64,000 nt of DNA. Origin: Nemertoderma westbladi (lineage: Eukaryota; Animalia; Xenacoelomorpha). The DNA lies in contig JAUCBJ010006245.1 of the NCBI GenBank assembly GCA_032718475.1, positions 1 to 64,000 on the forward strand. The letters are read 5' to 3'. The notes beneath the pieces are model-generated. The model was given only the letters and a program-made list of their open reading frames with translations, did no database searches and was not told where the DNA came from. Positions 23,601 through 38,600 of the stretch are shown piece after piece. The translations under genes were made by a program, and so were the position numbers. Numbering within the stretch: position 1 is the first letter of the stretch; the number at the start of each line of letters is the position of its first letter.

Positions 23601-26600
23601 GTTTGATAGTTGACATAGCACCACCTCTGAGTCCGAATATAAATAGTTTCGTTCGATTTTGAGTTCCAACGCACTCATAATTTCCGCGTGCGCTTTAACT
23701 GTGAGTACTGCCGCTGATAACTCCATCCTGGGTACCATTTGTGTAGATATGGGTGCTGGTCATGTTCTTGAATATACGAGCCTAGTATGAATAGGCTCAC
23801 CCTCCCCACCCACACAACGAAGGTACGAAACGGTGCCGTAACCGGTTTCGCTGGCATCACAGAATTTATGTAACTCGTATATTGGAGTATCCGGAATTAT
23901 CAGGAAATACAGATGGGGTATCCGCAGTTCTGAAAGGATTTCTAGTTGGGAAGTTTACTTTATCCAGTCAGTTAGCAATGCTGGTGGTAGTTGTTTATCC
24001 CTATCCAGTTTGTCTATCCAACATTTCTGGAACATGATTTTTCCTTGTAACGCGATTGGTGCAACGAGTCCTAGTGGATCGTATATGGACATAATGATGG
24101 AGAGAATTGTCCATTTCGTTGCCATTCCTGGTTTATCACCATCTGCAGTTTAACTGCAATGGTGAACGTGTCTTCTTCAGGCCACCATTTTACTCCTAAT
24201 GCCCTTGTCAACGGCATTTCGTCCAAATCCAGATCTAGAATTCCTTTCGCAACTTTGTCTGCTGGTATGTTGTTGAGAAATTGTCGCGAGTTCGATAGGA
24301 ATTTGGTTGCATTGAATCCTCCTCTCTTTAGACAGTCTATTAGATTATACGCCAACAGTACCACTTTGTTTACGGTTGATTCACCTGTGAATCCATCCTC
24401 CACGTAGAAACGTTTCTGGATCGTCTCATTTACATTGGCGTGATATCTGTGGGAGTTTTCGCTTGCGGTCCTTTTCAGTGGGAAGGCCATTATAGATGGG
24501 GCATCAGTGGTGCCAAACATCTTTGCATTCATTTGAATGTGTTTAGTCTGTTATGGATTCAGGTTCCTCAATTCCATCATACCATAATATGGTTTGGGAT
24601 ACAGCATCCTCGGGGTATACCTTGACTTGATGGAACATCGCTTCTGCTGTGATCTTAATAATATAGTTAGATCATGCAAAATGTAAATTAAGTTTATCCT
24701 GTATATAGGTAATCCCGTAGTATATTAGTCGTACTTATCCTAAGCTAGAATACATTTTGAATTTCCCGCCACCTGCATTTAAATGTTATATAAACATAAT
24801 AAGGGTAGAACCCACCAACTCCCCCCTTTAAGATTGAGTTTGTCTAACGAGATCGGAGTCAGTATTTTGTAGAGTCATAACGGATGGGCTGGTGTCGAAT
24901 TCTACTACTCCTACGTAACATGGCAGTAGGAGGCTCATCTTTCTGGAATACCACAACATCCATTGCTGGGTTAAGAGTGCATTTATTTTTCTGATTGTTG
25001 TTCGGTGGAATTCTATTTTTATGATATTCTTTTAGTATACCCTTTGGGAGTAATCGTGCTGAATACTTCATTTGCGGTTCCTGGTCCAGAATATTACGTC
25101 GAATATGGCGACGGTTGCGCCACAGAACATGGCCACTTGGTAAACGTATATGGTAATTGCGGCCACTGGCTCCTATAATAGAACCAGTACGATCCCACAG
25201 TTTAGTTTTTGCATTCTGAATGTGAACAGGTGTATGTACAGTTAGGGCCTTTAGTGGACGGTTCTGGATTTGGGGAGGGGGTGTCACCATAGTGTCAAGA
25301 GTGTCGAGATGTTTGGTCCACTGAGATGAAAAATTTGTATGGTGAGACGGTACACGTGCCCTAGTTTGGCGTCCGAATACAAGCTCAGCGGGAGAAAATC
25401 CATTTACCCGTGGCGTATTTCGCAGTTCGAGTAAACGTTTATGGAAACTATCAGTTTGTATATCCCCATGATGTGATGATGTGGCGACCAGGTGTTTGAG
25501 TGTTTTAACAGCCGACTCCGTGAGTCCGGTACTTTGAGGGAAATGAGGGGCAGAGAACAACTGATTGACTCCCCAATCCTGAAGGAATGATCGGAATTCC
25601 GCCGAATGGAATTGTGGACCTCCATCAGTCCGCAGTTTAATGGGAATTCCCAGGTTACTGAAAAGATGGCGAAGTACTGTAGCAACTTTTGCAGAATTAG
25701 GGTCATGCCGTCCGAATGCATGGATTTCAGGCCATCCTGAAAAGCGGTCAATGTATGCTAAATAATGTTGACCTGCATAGCTGAAAAGATCCAAACCAAC
25801 CTCTTCGAATGGACGTGTAGGTTGAAGGTCAGAAAGTAAAGGCTCTGGTGGTAAAGATGGTTTATGTTGTTGAAATGGCATACATTTCCCAACTTTGTTT
25901 ATTATGTCCACGGTTAAACCGGGCCAGAATACAGTTTGACGGGCTCGTCGTTTGGAACGTTCAATGCCCTGATGAGATTGATGTAAAAGTTCTAGAACGT
26001 GGCAACGTTGAGATTGTGGAATAACAATACGGGATAAATACAGGACAAGCCCATCATCAACTGACAAATCATTTCGTAATTTCCAATATGGTTGTAGATT
26101 GTGAACTAAGTTCGTCGGCTTTGCTGGGAATCCATTCTGGATTAGATAGATCAGTTTCTGGTATTCTGGATCCAAAATGGCCGCTTGTTTTATACTTTCT
26201 ATATTTGGGTCATTGAGGGAAGAATTTGAGTTGTTGTCAGCTAACGCAATGACAGTGGCATTAATATGTGCACACATGTAAGTGTTGATCTCCTGTTTGG
26301 TAGTGACATCATCTGGGGTTGGGTTACCAACTGGTGCGCGAGAAAGCGCATCTGGTATGTAATGGGTTTTACCTTTCTTCCATTCGATATAGAAGGAATA
26401 AGATATAAGAGTTTTTCCTTGAGACGCCTCAGCCTCGGATTATCAATGTTATCAAGAGTTTTTTCGTTTAGAATTGCTAGAAGCAGTTTGTGATCACTCA
26501 CAATAATGAAATGTGGAATGCTGAGTAGATATATATGACATTTCTTAATGGCCCAAGCAATGGCAAGTGTTTCAAGTTCGATGACTGTGTATCGTAACTC

Positions 26601-29600
26601 AGTGTCTGTGAGGAATCGTGATCCACACTGGATGAGATTAAGGTGCCCTGAGGATGTCGGTTGTAGTAAAACAAAACCGAGTCCTTTCAACCTAGAAGCG
26701 TCAGTATGAAGTTCTACTGGGAGATTTGGATCGAATGGAGTAAGAATCGGTGGGGAAACTAGAGCCAGTTTAACATCATTGAAGGCATTGGTGTGGTTGG
26801 GCGTCCACTGGAAGACGTTAGCTTTCTTAAGTAGTGGGCGTAGTGGTGTTGCAGCAGCACTTACCTTACTCGAAAATGAACCAAGCTGGTTCACAATTCC
26901 AAAAAATGATCGCAGTTCTGATATGTTTATTGGAATTGGAAAATTAGATAGAGCAGAAATTTTAGTTGGATCTGCCTCTATTCCATAAATACCGACTCTG
27001 TAACCAACATAGTCAACAGTGTCTTTGGCAAATATGAATTTCTTTGGATTCAATGTGATTTGATGAGTGCGGCACCACTGTAGAACCTCAATAATTCGTT
27101 CTACATGGTTGGGAAAAGAACCAGTGTGGACCAACATGTCGTCCACAACTTTCTCGAGGTTGTCAATCCCCTGAATAGCAAGATCTCCACGACGACTATA
27201 TTCATCCCCTGTTGATATCAACCCCATAGGAGCCCGCAGGAATTTAAAACATCCTTGGGGACAGATAAAAGTTGTGAGGAACTGACTGGCAGTGTCGAGG
27301 GGAATCTGCCAATAGCCCTTAAGTGCAACGAGTGTTGAAAAGTAACGATCATCTCGATGGATAGAATCAACAGCGTCCTTTGGAGTCCGTAGAGGATGAT
27401 ATGGACGCACGCAGAAAGAATTGAGTTTAGTAAGATCTACACATATCCGCACTTCCTCAGGTGAGTGTGATTTTTTGGTGACAACCATCGGATGGCACCA
27501 CTCGGTAGGGACGTCACTAACACGTTCAATTATACCTTTTTTTTTTTCTCTAGCGGTAGGACTGTATATTGAATTAAGCTTAACAGGGTCACATTATGAC
27601 AATTGACAATAACAATAACAATTCGGACAGATAAGGCCCTATATCCAGCTTAGTTACTATATCAGATTAGAGTTGCTAGGAGTGACAGTTGTAAATATAT
27701 GGTAAACAATAAACTTTATAAAATAAAAATATACTAGACCGACAGGCGCGCTGACTCACAACCAAGCCACAAAATAGAAGGCACATCAATAAACATAAAA
27801 AATAAGAATAATATAATGTAGCAACATACAGTGAAATTTAATTTACATTACCAAATGAATCTATTTAATTAGCTAACAAAGACAGTTGAAGGGAAAAGGT
27901 ATATATGCAAGCAAGTAAGTAAATATTTTGGGCTAATGGTTTTGTTTTATTGTGAAAGTAGCCGAAAACGCTGAGTAGAGACAATAAAGGTGTTTAGAAG
28001 GGAGAAATATTTGTTGTAATCGGTCGCAGATATACCTTGTCCCTCTAAAACAGAGTTTAATGACAGTGAAGCCCCCAGGGCTTCCAACCCAACCTTCAGT
28101 GTACGGCGGGCACCAGATTAACTCGGACAAGTTATAAAAAAGTGAAAGGCGTTTTCTGTGGCAGCACCGCATGAGGTGCACTCAGGTGAGTCCTGAAGGT
28201 GCCTGGATACCATGTCTGCAGATAATTCACTACACCGCAGTCGCAACTGGCAGACAATGATTTGAAATTTGCGGGTTCCAACACAGTAAAATGGTTTGAT
28301 AACATTATTTGAAATGAGTTGGGATTTAAACGTCGGGAGAGGGAGTGAACGTTTTAAAAAGGGAGATCGTTCCATTTTTTTATAGTGTTTGGAAAGAAAG
28401 ATTTGCCATAAAGGTCTTTACGGTACGATATTTGGGAAATGTTGGCGCTGTTTCTGAGAGGGTAACTATGTGATGGGTTTTGCCCCACTGTAATTGGGAT
28501 TCTGGAAAATAAGTACTCCGGAGTTAACTTGTTAATAATTTTATAAAAAGTTATTAAGCAGATGGCTGAGCGCCTGGAAGAGAGACTCTGTATGTTGCAT
28601 TCGGTATATAACTTGCTATGTGAAGTGCGAGATGGAGCACCAGTGGCAATTCTTAGAATTTCAAGTTCAAAATTGTCAAGTAGTTCAGACATTTCTTGAG
28701 ATATGTTGTTCCAGACCGCACAGCCGTATTCCAGTTTAGGACGTATAAATGTTTTGTATATTTTTAGTATTGCATCTTTGGATAGGACGTATTTAGTTTT
28801 CCGCAGAACCAATAGATTTCTCGAAACTGAGTTAATTAGTTCTAGGACATGGTCATTGAACTTGAAATTGGAAGAAAATACCAGTCCCAGGTGTTTGTGA
28901 GTCTCACCACACGGAAGGGCCTCACCATTTAGATATAGTGGCACTGTCTGGTAGGGGATGGAACCACACATAGTCATTACAATGGTTTTCTCTGGGTTAA
29001 AAGTTACGAGCCATTTAGTAGCCCAAGTGTGTAGTTCATGAAGTTCGTGGTTAAGAAAGTGAGCGCGCACAACAGGATGACTGATTCTAGATGAAAGAGA
29101 TGTATTGTCAGCAAACAGTGAACAGTTTGCCGACAATACATCAACAAGGTCATTTATGTAAATAATAAATAAGATGGGACCGAGCACACTTCCCTGTGGT
29201 ACGCCTGCGAGCACCGCCAGAAACAGTGAGCATGTCCCATCTAGTACTACACGCTGCCAACACCCTGATAAATAACATTGGAACCATGCCAATAAACGAC
29301 CGCGGATTCCCATTCTATATATTTTTTCAAGGAGACCTGCGTGCCATACCCTGTCAAAGGCTTTTGTGACATCACAGAATATTACTTGTGTGACGTCGCC
29401 TTCATCCCATGCCTGGCACCAGGAGTCGTATAGGAAGAGAAGTTGGTTTTGGCAACTATCGCCGGGAATAAATCCTGATTGTCGTTTCGATATTTTATGC
29501 CATAGGAAATTCCAGATATGCTTTCTGACAACAGTTTCAAAAAGCTTAGAAAGGTTATTTAATAAAGAAATTGGGCGATAGTTGCCGGAATTATAAAATT

Positions 29601-32600
29601 CTCCCTTTTTAAAAATTGGAGTAATATTAGAATACTTCCAGGATTGTGGAAAAATAGAAATGTTAAGTAACGCGTTAAATAAAATAGTTAGACCGACTAT
29701 TAAAGAGCCGGATAATGATTTAATAACTCTGTTACTTATTCCATCGATACCAGGAGATCCATTCGTTTTTAAGGACGAAATACCTGCACCTATGTCCTCT
29801 TCTGAAATCTGTATGTGCTCTAGGACTGCTTCTTCAGGGACGCCCTGAACAGTACAGGGGTCAGGGTGTAGTGAAGTCGGGGGTAAAGATTGTGGTATGG
29901 GATGTACCGCTGCAGGCTCCACGGGATATACCACTGATGGTAGGGTAGTCTGGGGTATGGGGTGCACTGCTGGAGGTACAATCGGAGGTGTGGGATGTAC
30001 TACCGGTGGTACAGTCAGGGGTATAGGGTGCACTGCTAGAGGTACAATCGGAGGTGTGGGATGTACCACCGGTGGTACAGTCTGGGGTGCACAGCTGGAG
30101 GTACAATCGGAGGTGTGGGATGTACTACCGGTGGTACAGTCTGGGGTATGGGGTGCACTGCTGGAGGTACAATCGGAGGTGTGGGATGTACTACCGGTGG
30201 TACAGTCTGGGGTATGGGGTGCACTGCTGGAGGTACAATCGGAGGTGTGGGATGTACTACCGGTGGTACAGTCTGGGGTATGGAGTGCACTGCTGGAGGT
30301 ACAATCGGAGGTGTGGGATGTACTACCGGTGGTACAGTCAGGGGTATGGGGTGCACTGCTAGAGGTACAATCGGAGGTGTGGGATGTACCACCGGTGGTA
30401 CAGTCTGGGGTATAGGGTGCACTGCTGGAGGTACAATCGAAGGTGTGGGATGTACTACCGGTGGTACAGTCTGGGGTATGGGGTGCACTGCTGGAGGTAC
30501 AATCGGAGGTGTGGGATGTACTACCGGTGGTACAGTCTGGGGTATGGGGTGCACTGCTGGAGGTACAATCGGAGGTGTGGGATGTACTACCGGTGGTACA
30601 GTCTGGGGTATGGGGTGCACTGCTGGAGGTACAATCGGAGGTGTGGGATGTACTACCGGTGGTACAGTCCGGGGTATGGGGTGCACTGCTGGAGGTACAA
30701 TCGGAGGTGTGGGATGTACAACCGGTGGTACAGTCTGGGGTATGGGGTGCACTGCTGGAGGTACAATCGGAGGTGTGGGATGTACTACCAGTGGTACAGT
30801 CGGGGGTATGTGGTGAAGCACTGGAGGTACTACAGAAAGTACCACCGGTGGTACAGGCTGGTGTGTGCGATGTACTAGTGGTGGTGCTGTCTGAGGTGTG
30901 GATTGTACTGGGGTCGTCGGTAATAAACCTGGTAAAGTGGAATTAATGACAAATCTGTTATTTAGAACTTGGGCTTTGTCAAAGGCTTCATACACCGCTG
31001 TATCACCATCAAATAAGAACAGGATGGATGATAATTTGTTTTTCCCCAGTACCGACTTTACTATTGAAAACCATTTCTTAGAGTCTAAGTTGCTGGAACT
31101 TTTGGTTGATAAATACAATTCACTAGAATATGAAGCCTTAGCTAAGCGAACTTTTTGAGTGACAAAATTTCGATATTTTCTGAAATTGACCCATTGATTT
31201 GAGTTGTTGGGTGTCCCTTTGGCTCATTTGTGTAGCCTTTCCCTGCGCCTGAACAGTGAGCGCAACTCATTATTTATCCACTTAGGGTCGCTGGATCTGG
31301 TTTTTATTTTGTGGCTGGGAATAAATCTATTCGTACCTTCAAGTAAAGTCTCTGTGAGAAAATTAACACCTTCAACAGGGTCATCGGCATGTGCACCAAA
31401 GTAGCTACTAAGACATTTGCTATTTAGGAATTGTCTGAATTCTCCCCAGTTCGCTTTGTCATAATCCCATACGGTACGAATGAAAAGGGGTGGCGGTTTG
31501 ATATCAACGTTTAAGTCGATAAAAATTGGCGAGTGGTCAGAAATAGGAAGGTTGTTGTCAAAACAAATATCAGCATGTGCGTCCGCCTTAATTTTCAGGG
31601 GAAGTAAATTAGTGAATAATAAGTCAATGCAAGATTGGGATTGGGATCGAGTTATAGAGTTTATCACTTGGGTAAAACCAGTTAAAGAGCAGAATTTGTT
31701 TACTAGAAAAGGAGTTTGGTGAAAACAGTTGGTATTAAAGTCACCTAAAAGAAGAATTCCATCATATTTATACGCTGTCGTGATGTTACAAATAACATCG
31801 TACAAGGTATCCCAGTACTGTGCAGTAGGTTCGGTGGGTGTGTAAAGACCAATCACGAGAACTTTTAATTTTACGATGAAAATATCAATAAATATTAATT
31901 CTAGACCTTGCGAGTTAAAGGCCCTGCCAGTGCGTCTGAGATGGGGTAATGACTCCCTGATAAATAACCCGACACCACCGTACCCCGAGTTGTCAGCGCG
32001 GGGTTTGTCATAGTATTTATAAGAGTGTTTGTTCAGCTCACTTTCATGGTCAGCTGCCGTACATTTTAAAAACTATGTTTCCGTTACAATAAAAATATCA
32101 ATATTTAAATCTAAGATAGTGTCGTAAATTATTTTTAACTTGTCAGTGCAGATTTTGTTATTTAATTTTGGTAAAAGGCTGCGGACATTATGGTGCCATA
32201 CAGAGAGCGGGCCAGGGTTACTCTCTATATCACCGCAAAGAAGGATCGATATGGAAGATGGTTGGAAGGTAATTGAATATACTACTGTGGCTAATAAAAC
32301 ATACACTGGATGCCACTGGGTACTGTTTGCAAACCAATAAGAACCATAATAAAACGTGAAAATTTTGAATATGGTTTGTTGTGGCTATCCGCCACATTTT
32401 GTCGGATAATGTAGAAACATTTGGTTGTTACTGGCTTGCAAACAATATAATGCATTATTAGTAAGTTTAAAGTTTGAACAAACAAGAAAAAGTGGCCAGT
32501 GGAATGGGGCTGTGAGTAATAAAACAACGCGCAATGTCAGTCGAGTCGGGCTATGTACGAAAACTGTACTTCTACATAAACAAACCAAAATACAACTTAC

Positions 32601-35600
32601 ATAAACGGACAACAAATATAAAACAACCATCACCCAATATAATTCTAGTTCACTATACAACAAGAAACTGGCTGTAGCACAGTACGCCAACGCTTAAGCA
32701 ACAGTGAGGCAGGTATCAGACCGCACATGACTTCCCACGGGAGAGTCAACAGTGCATTTTTACGTGTGGCAGGTCAAATATTTTGTGCCGGAATACTGGT
32801 ACAAAGTACCGGTATAAAAGGCATTATTAGACAAAAATAACATTTATATATTAATACCGGTAAGTGTGTATATACGATATAGAAAACGGTACTGCCTGAC
32901 TGGTGGTATATACGATGTAGAAAAACGGTACTTGGAGTAATTTAAACTTAACTGGGGGTAATTAATTGTATACCAATACCGGTAGGCCTACAGTAAAAAG
33001 AAAGGAAAGGGAAGTAAATCTGAAATCTCCAATATAGGACAAAACTACAAAAATATATTATAGTTTCCATTAACTGATCAAGGCTAGATAAGCAAAACAT
33101 AGTATATGTATGTGTATGTACAGATATATATATTGTATGTTAAGTATGAACCTGTTTATTCAAAGCAACATCTTGGCGGCGGTAGTAGTACTAGTACATA
33201 GTACACTGCTGCATGATGCAACAGCGGTACGAAGAACGTAAAAGATACTAGGAACCAGTACTGCAGTATAGAATAGGCCAATTTGCCAAACGTCTACTCG
33301 CCTTTACTTAGACCTGAACCACGAATTAGAGTGCCGATGTCCACATCGCTGTGGATTGGCACAGGTTTGACACCCTCCTGGGCCTTAGCCATGATGGTTC
33401 CATTGAATGTATATGCCGAGTGAAGCAGACCATTCCGTTTGTGCTCCTTTAAAGTACTGAGTAGAGTGGCACGTCTTTTTGTCAGATGTTCGGTAATAAA
33501 GAGGCTGTTTGATGCAACCGAACCCTTGTTTTTCATAACATGGATTTTCTTTGCCTGGGACAGAAGACAGACTAGAACGGGTCGCGATTTACCATGGTCA
33601 TTCTTCTTTACCCCGAAACGATGAGAGATATCTATGTCCGAAGGCTGCAACCCGAGATCGTGAAGAACTGGATGGTGATCTTTATTCTCTGGCAGAGCGT
33701 GAATCAGGAAATTGGACCTTCGAGATAACTGATCGAGGTCATCGAACTTTGTATCAAATGTGGCTAATCTAGACTTAAGCGAAGCCGCTTCTATCTCAAG
33801 TTGATCGACGCGAAGTAGTAAGGCGGACAGTTCCGACGTGTCTTTTTTGATGGACGATACTTCCTTCTTAAGGCTGGTGATATCGTTAATTACTTTCTTC
33901 AGGGGCGCAACCTCGGACTTGAGGAAGGAGATATCGTCAGAAAGCTTGCTTATAGCAGAAAGGATTTCGGAATTGCTGCCGTCTAACTCCTTGTTGGTAG
34001 CAGGTGTATTAGAGGAAGAACGTGACTGAGTTGAACGAGACATCGCATACAGTTATATGTAGAGCTGTTTTGAGGATGAGTTATATTTGCCGAGTACCGA
34101 TATTGTGTAAATACTTAGAAATGTGCTACCGGTTGCCGGTAATAATAAGCAGGTATGTATCCCACAGGCAGGTTGTTAGGGTCTGACAGCAGAGCCTACC
34201 ACATCATAATAACGGTAAGTACAGCAGTACAGCAGTGATTCAGCAGCAGTGATTGCATTCCTTTTTATCGCTTATTATCAATTATACCTTTCTCCACCAT
34301 GGATTCAATTTCGAGCTTGGCCTTCTCTCTAAGAGCAAATGGAACTTGACGAGAAGTGGTTAAAGAGAAAGGAATGTTGTTTGGTTGAAGATGAATCTTC
34401 ATTGGTTTGCCTTGCATAGGCTTGTGATGTTCCACTGTGGAGAAAACATCTGGGAATAGTTCTAAAATTTGGTTACATATTGAATCAATGTCTGACTCAG
34501 AGGGATTTTCTGGAATTGTGTGTAGCTGATCACAATATTGTATGGAGTGTTCTGATTGGACATTGCAGATTTGTGTGGGAAAGTCAGTTGGAATGATTTT
34601 GAGATCTCGACAAGTTATCCAACCAAGAAGAAATCCATCAGACTTTCCAATCACGTGTATAGTTGTCACAGAGGTAAAATTTCCAAGTGTAATAGAGCAG
34701 GGAAGTTGTCCAAGAACCTTAAGCGAATTATGTCTGAAACTGTTAAGTGGAAGATTGCTGTGTTCCAAGTCAGACAGTTGGAGTCCAAATTTGTTAAATA
34801 CAGAATCGGACATTATGTTTGTTGGAGATCCAGTGTCTGGTAGAGCCTTGATATTATCTAGCTGGATACCTACTGAGAAATTAAAAGGGTCGAGGGAAAC
34901 TATAACTTCTGGTGTAGGCTTTTCATCAAGAGTTATAAACATGATTTACTGAGGATTCAATGTAACCAACATTGGAAGATGGGGTTTTCAAATACGTTTC
35001 ATCCCATTTCAAACTACAAACTCTGATCCAATGTCCAGTATTTTTGCATAGGGACAGGTTGATTCGTTTGCAGGGCAAGTGGACATGTCCTTATGTAGGT
35101 CATTACCACACCATAGACATTTCTTCCTTAAATGTTGTGGAATCCGGTCACGGGACTTACTGCGATATCGAGGCCGTGACCTGTCTGGCGAGTTCCTCCG
35201 ACACTCTTTCTGTGTTTTGTAAGTATTACCTTTTATACAGTTTACTGTAGCTCCTGGGTTGGCGAATTTATGGCCGGCCTCCTCCCGGCGGCAGAATGCG
35301 ATGACGTCGTCAAGGTGTGGGTATGGACGAATCGCCATGAGGCATCGGCGGATCTCCTCGTCTCGTAGCCCAACACGTATTCTATCTGCCAGACGTTAGT
35401 CGAAGCAATGGTTGCAAAGTTCGGCATCCTGCCCTAGGTTCCTTAAGGCTAAGATAAATTGGTCAAAAATTTCTCCGGGCATTTGGAATTGGCGTTCGAA
35501 AGCTTGGCGTTCACGTCCTAAATCACGTTTTTCTTGGAAATAAGTTGCAATTGCATCGAGTCTGTCATTGATTGATATCGCATTTCCCGGTTCGGCGGGT

Positions 35601-38600
35601 TGGACGTCGATGTGCGACAGAACGTCCTGTACATCTTGGTGTAAAGCGCGACGGAATGCCGCTAGTTGCTCCGGTTCAGGGAATTCTACAAGATGTACGA
35701 GAGTTGCGTAGTCGTCCCAAGTTGTACGCCAATGGCGAAATGCTCCAACCGAGGTATTCAGGTTTAAAATCGACGGAGGGTGAGGGGCAGCTGATCTGGC
35801 GAGATCATGACGAGGTAGATGCAGTTGAGTCGGCCTAATGTCAGCAGGAACAGTGGGAGGAACACGATGTTATGCCCCATTATTTGTAGCATCTCTGCAT
35901 GTTCAGTGCGACGTCGCTGTTCGTCCTCTGCGCGTCGTTGTTCCTCGCGTTGTTCCCGGCGTTCTTCCATCTGCATAAGGAATTTTGCCAGGTCGGTTTG
36001 TTGAGGAGGATCCCCGGCTTCGAACTCGAGGATTCTGTACAGCTGTTTGCGTAAATTAGCTGTCGATGTGTGAGGATTAAACTGTAAACCGGCATTTGTA
36101 GTGGATTTTTAATGCGGCTCGGTCGAGTTCATCTATTTTGTCCACAGTGAGGTCCAAGTAATCCTCTGGGTTAATAGCTTCAGCCCTTTATTGTATTCGT
36201 AATTGAATTAGAAAATAAAATAATTCATAAACAAATAATACATCCTACTCGCAGCGCCATGCTGTGATCTTAATAATATAGTTAGATCATGCAAAATGTA
36301 AATTAAGTTTATCCTGTATATAGGTAATCCCATAGTATATTAGTCGTACTTATCCTAAGCTAGAATAAATTTTGAATTTCCCGCCACGTGCATTTAAATG
36401 TTATATAAACATAATAAGGGTAGAACCCACCAGCTTCTAGATCTAAACAGAAGGCGACGGGGTAGACTCGGAATTGCATTAAAATTGCCACTATCATGTT
36501 GAACAGATTAGGTCCAGCCATTAGTTCAGAGTTGAGACTATGGCCTTTCCACGTTGCTGCAGTGTCCATTACCACACGTAATTTGTTATTTTTGTTGGTT
36601 TCTAGAACATAGTGGGTAGGAATATAGTATTGTCAGGGGTCAGGATTCAATATTTCTTCCTTCGTCAGATATTGTCCTATTCCTTTGGAGATGAACTCTT
36701 CCATTTTTGTTTGGAATTGTTCGATTCAGTGGTGTTTTTACGCAATCTAGTTTTTGTCCATCGTAACCTTTTGATTGCTAAGGCAAGGTTGGGTATAAGA
36801 GGTTTTTGTTTATCTCTCCATAACATAGGGACATAATAGTACCCATTTTCAAAGGTAGTATCTCATTCCATCATCTTTAGTGATTTTGTGTCTTCCACTG
36901 AGCGAAATTTCTCCTTTGTTGGTACCTCGAAGTGTTCCAAAACCCAATATTGAATTAGTTGTTTCTTCAGAATGTTCATTGGGATTATCTCGTCATAACA
37001 CGGGCATGTTGCTGTGCGTTCATCTTCTTTTGGACCTTCCTGTATGACGTTGATGTAGTGGCTTGACGTTACAGGTATATATTGTGGTTCAAATGGTCCT
37101 ACCACGACCCATCCGAGGGGTGTTAACTCTGCGTGAGGAAGATGTTCCTGATCAACCTTGGAATCACCCCATAATCCATCGAGTACTGTATGTAGAAGTG
37201 GGAAATTGATACCAATAAGTATTGAAACCTGATCAATTTCCATGCCATCGTCTGGTATCTTGATGTCTCTAAGATGTTGGATCCTCTCGAGAGGCCATTC
37301 TGACGCTCGATTATAGTCGATTTTTAGGTTTTCAAACATCATATAATATCAGATATTCTGTAAGATGTATGGTTCAACATCTTTTGTATCAACCAAAGGT
37401 TGTACCCCACATGTTGTTCGATGGGTGTTGAATGTTTTCTTATCAGCCATGGTGTTGATACAGATAGTAGCCTCGCGCAGGGGTAAACCCAGCTGGTTGG
37501 CTAAACATCTGTCTATAAAGGTGCCCATTGAACCATTGTCAAGGAATGCATACGTTGTTACGATTGCGTTTGTGTTGGAGTTTTTGACTTGTATAGGAAT
37601 GATCTTTAGGAATACCACTGCTCCTTTTTTAGAGGCCCACTGCAAAGAGGCTCCCATCGCCGTAATCTCGTCGTCGTTAGTTGGAGGCATTGTGTGGAGT
37701 GTTGCATCCTCATAATAATTTAATTTGAATGACGAGGTAGTTGTTTTCGGCGGTGGCGGAAGAAGTTTAGTGGTATTCTTTTTATCCTTACTCTCTGGAT
37801 GAAGTTTCAACCATGCTTCATATGGTGTTGGGGGTCCACTCGCTACTCTTTTGTATTCATGTGTTAACCATCGGAATTTATCATTTATGTCGAGTTCTGG
37901 ATGTAAATCCGGGCTATGTGCTTCCCGGCGCATGCCATCTTTGGTTGTTCTAGAACACTGATATTTTTCCAAGGATTTACAATGTTTCCAGAAATGTCCG
38001 AAACCTTGACAGACTAAACAGGGTCATAGATGGAAGCATGTTTCGTACTTCACTTTATGTGAGAGACTTTGGAATTTTGGACACTGATACATACAATGTT
38101 TTCCACTGCATACATAACATTGTTGGACTAGTCCGTTTGGATAGATCCTTATAGGTTCGGCGGACCATGTTGTTGCAAACGCGTCAATATGTGGATTAGT
38201 TGTCCAGAACTCATCATCACTTGAGTAGTAGATATCCCCCTTATCATCTTTGTCATCAATATGTTCGCTCTCGCAAACATTCTCTTCTCCTTCCTGGGAC
38301 TGGATGGCTACACTGTGACCGTTGGGATGGTTTTAGGTTTTGTAGCAGATTTTTGGTTTAATTTCTCCGCTTTTCCTTTTCGCAACGCGAGAATGATCTT
38401 TGTCTGCGCCATAGATGGACGTATTCCAGTATAGGATTCTCCCATCTGGACGGATGCCGCAAGGTTGCCATATAGAGGATCCTTAACTCTGTCGGCGTAT
38501 TTCTCCATCCAGTCTGCGAACTCGTAAATGCCGGGTTCAGTCCCATGTCGTATCCGGAATTTTTGCGCTTTGTTCAGCCATTTTTGTTGATCTGAAAAGT

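Larger units (their letters stand above)
28118..32306 (-). pseudogene. LINE ORF2 (APE endonuclease, RT, C-terminal Cys/His motif), disrupted
   Basis: HNVRSL, VTET*, LLGDFN, CIDLLF, SDHSPI; [30 protein letters not shown]; stops at 32073 and 31224, frameshifts near 30085 and 28360. Confidence 0.92.
27540..34277 (-). mobile_element. Full-length CR1/L2-group non-LTR retrotransposon inserted in the Gypsy RT
   Basis: 14-bp TSD TCAATTATACCTTT at 27526-27539 and 34278-34291; short poly(A) end; ORF1 plus APE-RT ORF2. Confidence 0.93.
24645..36432 (-). mobile_element. Full-length Ty3/Gypsy LTR retrotransposon inserted in the BEL RT
   Basis: 173-bp TG...CA LTRs; GCTTC TSD at 24640-24644 and 36433-36437; PBS and PPT present; domain order gag-PR-RT-RH-IN. 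Confidence 0.96.
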
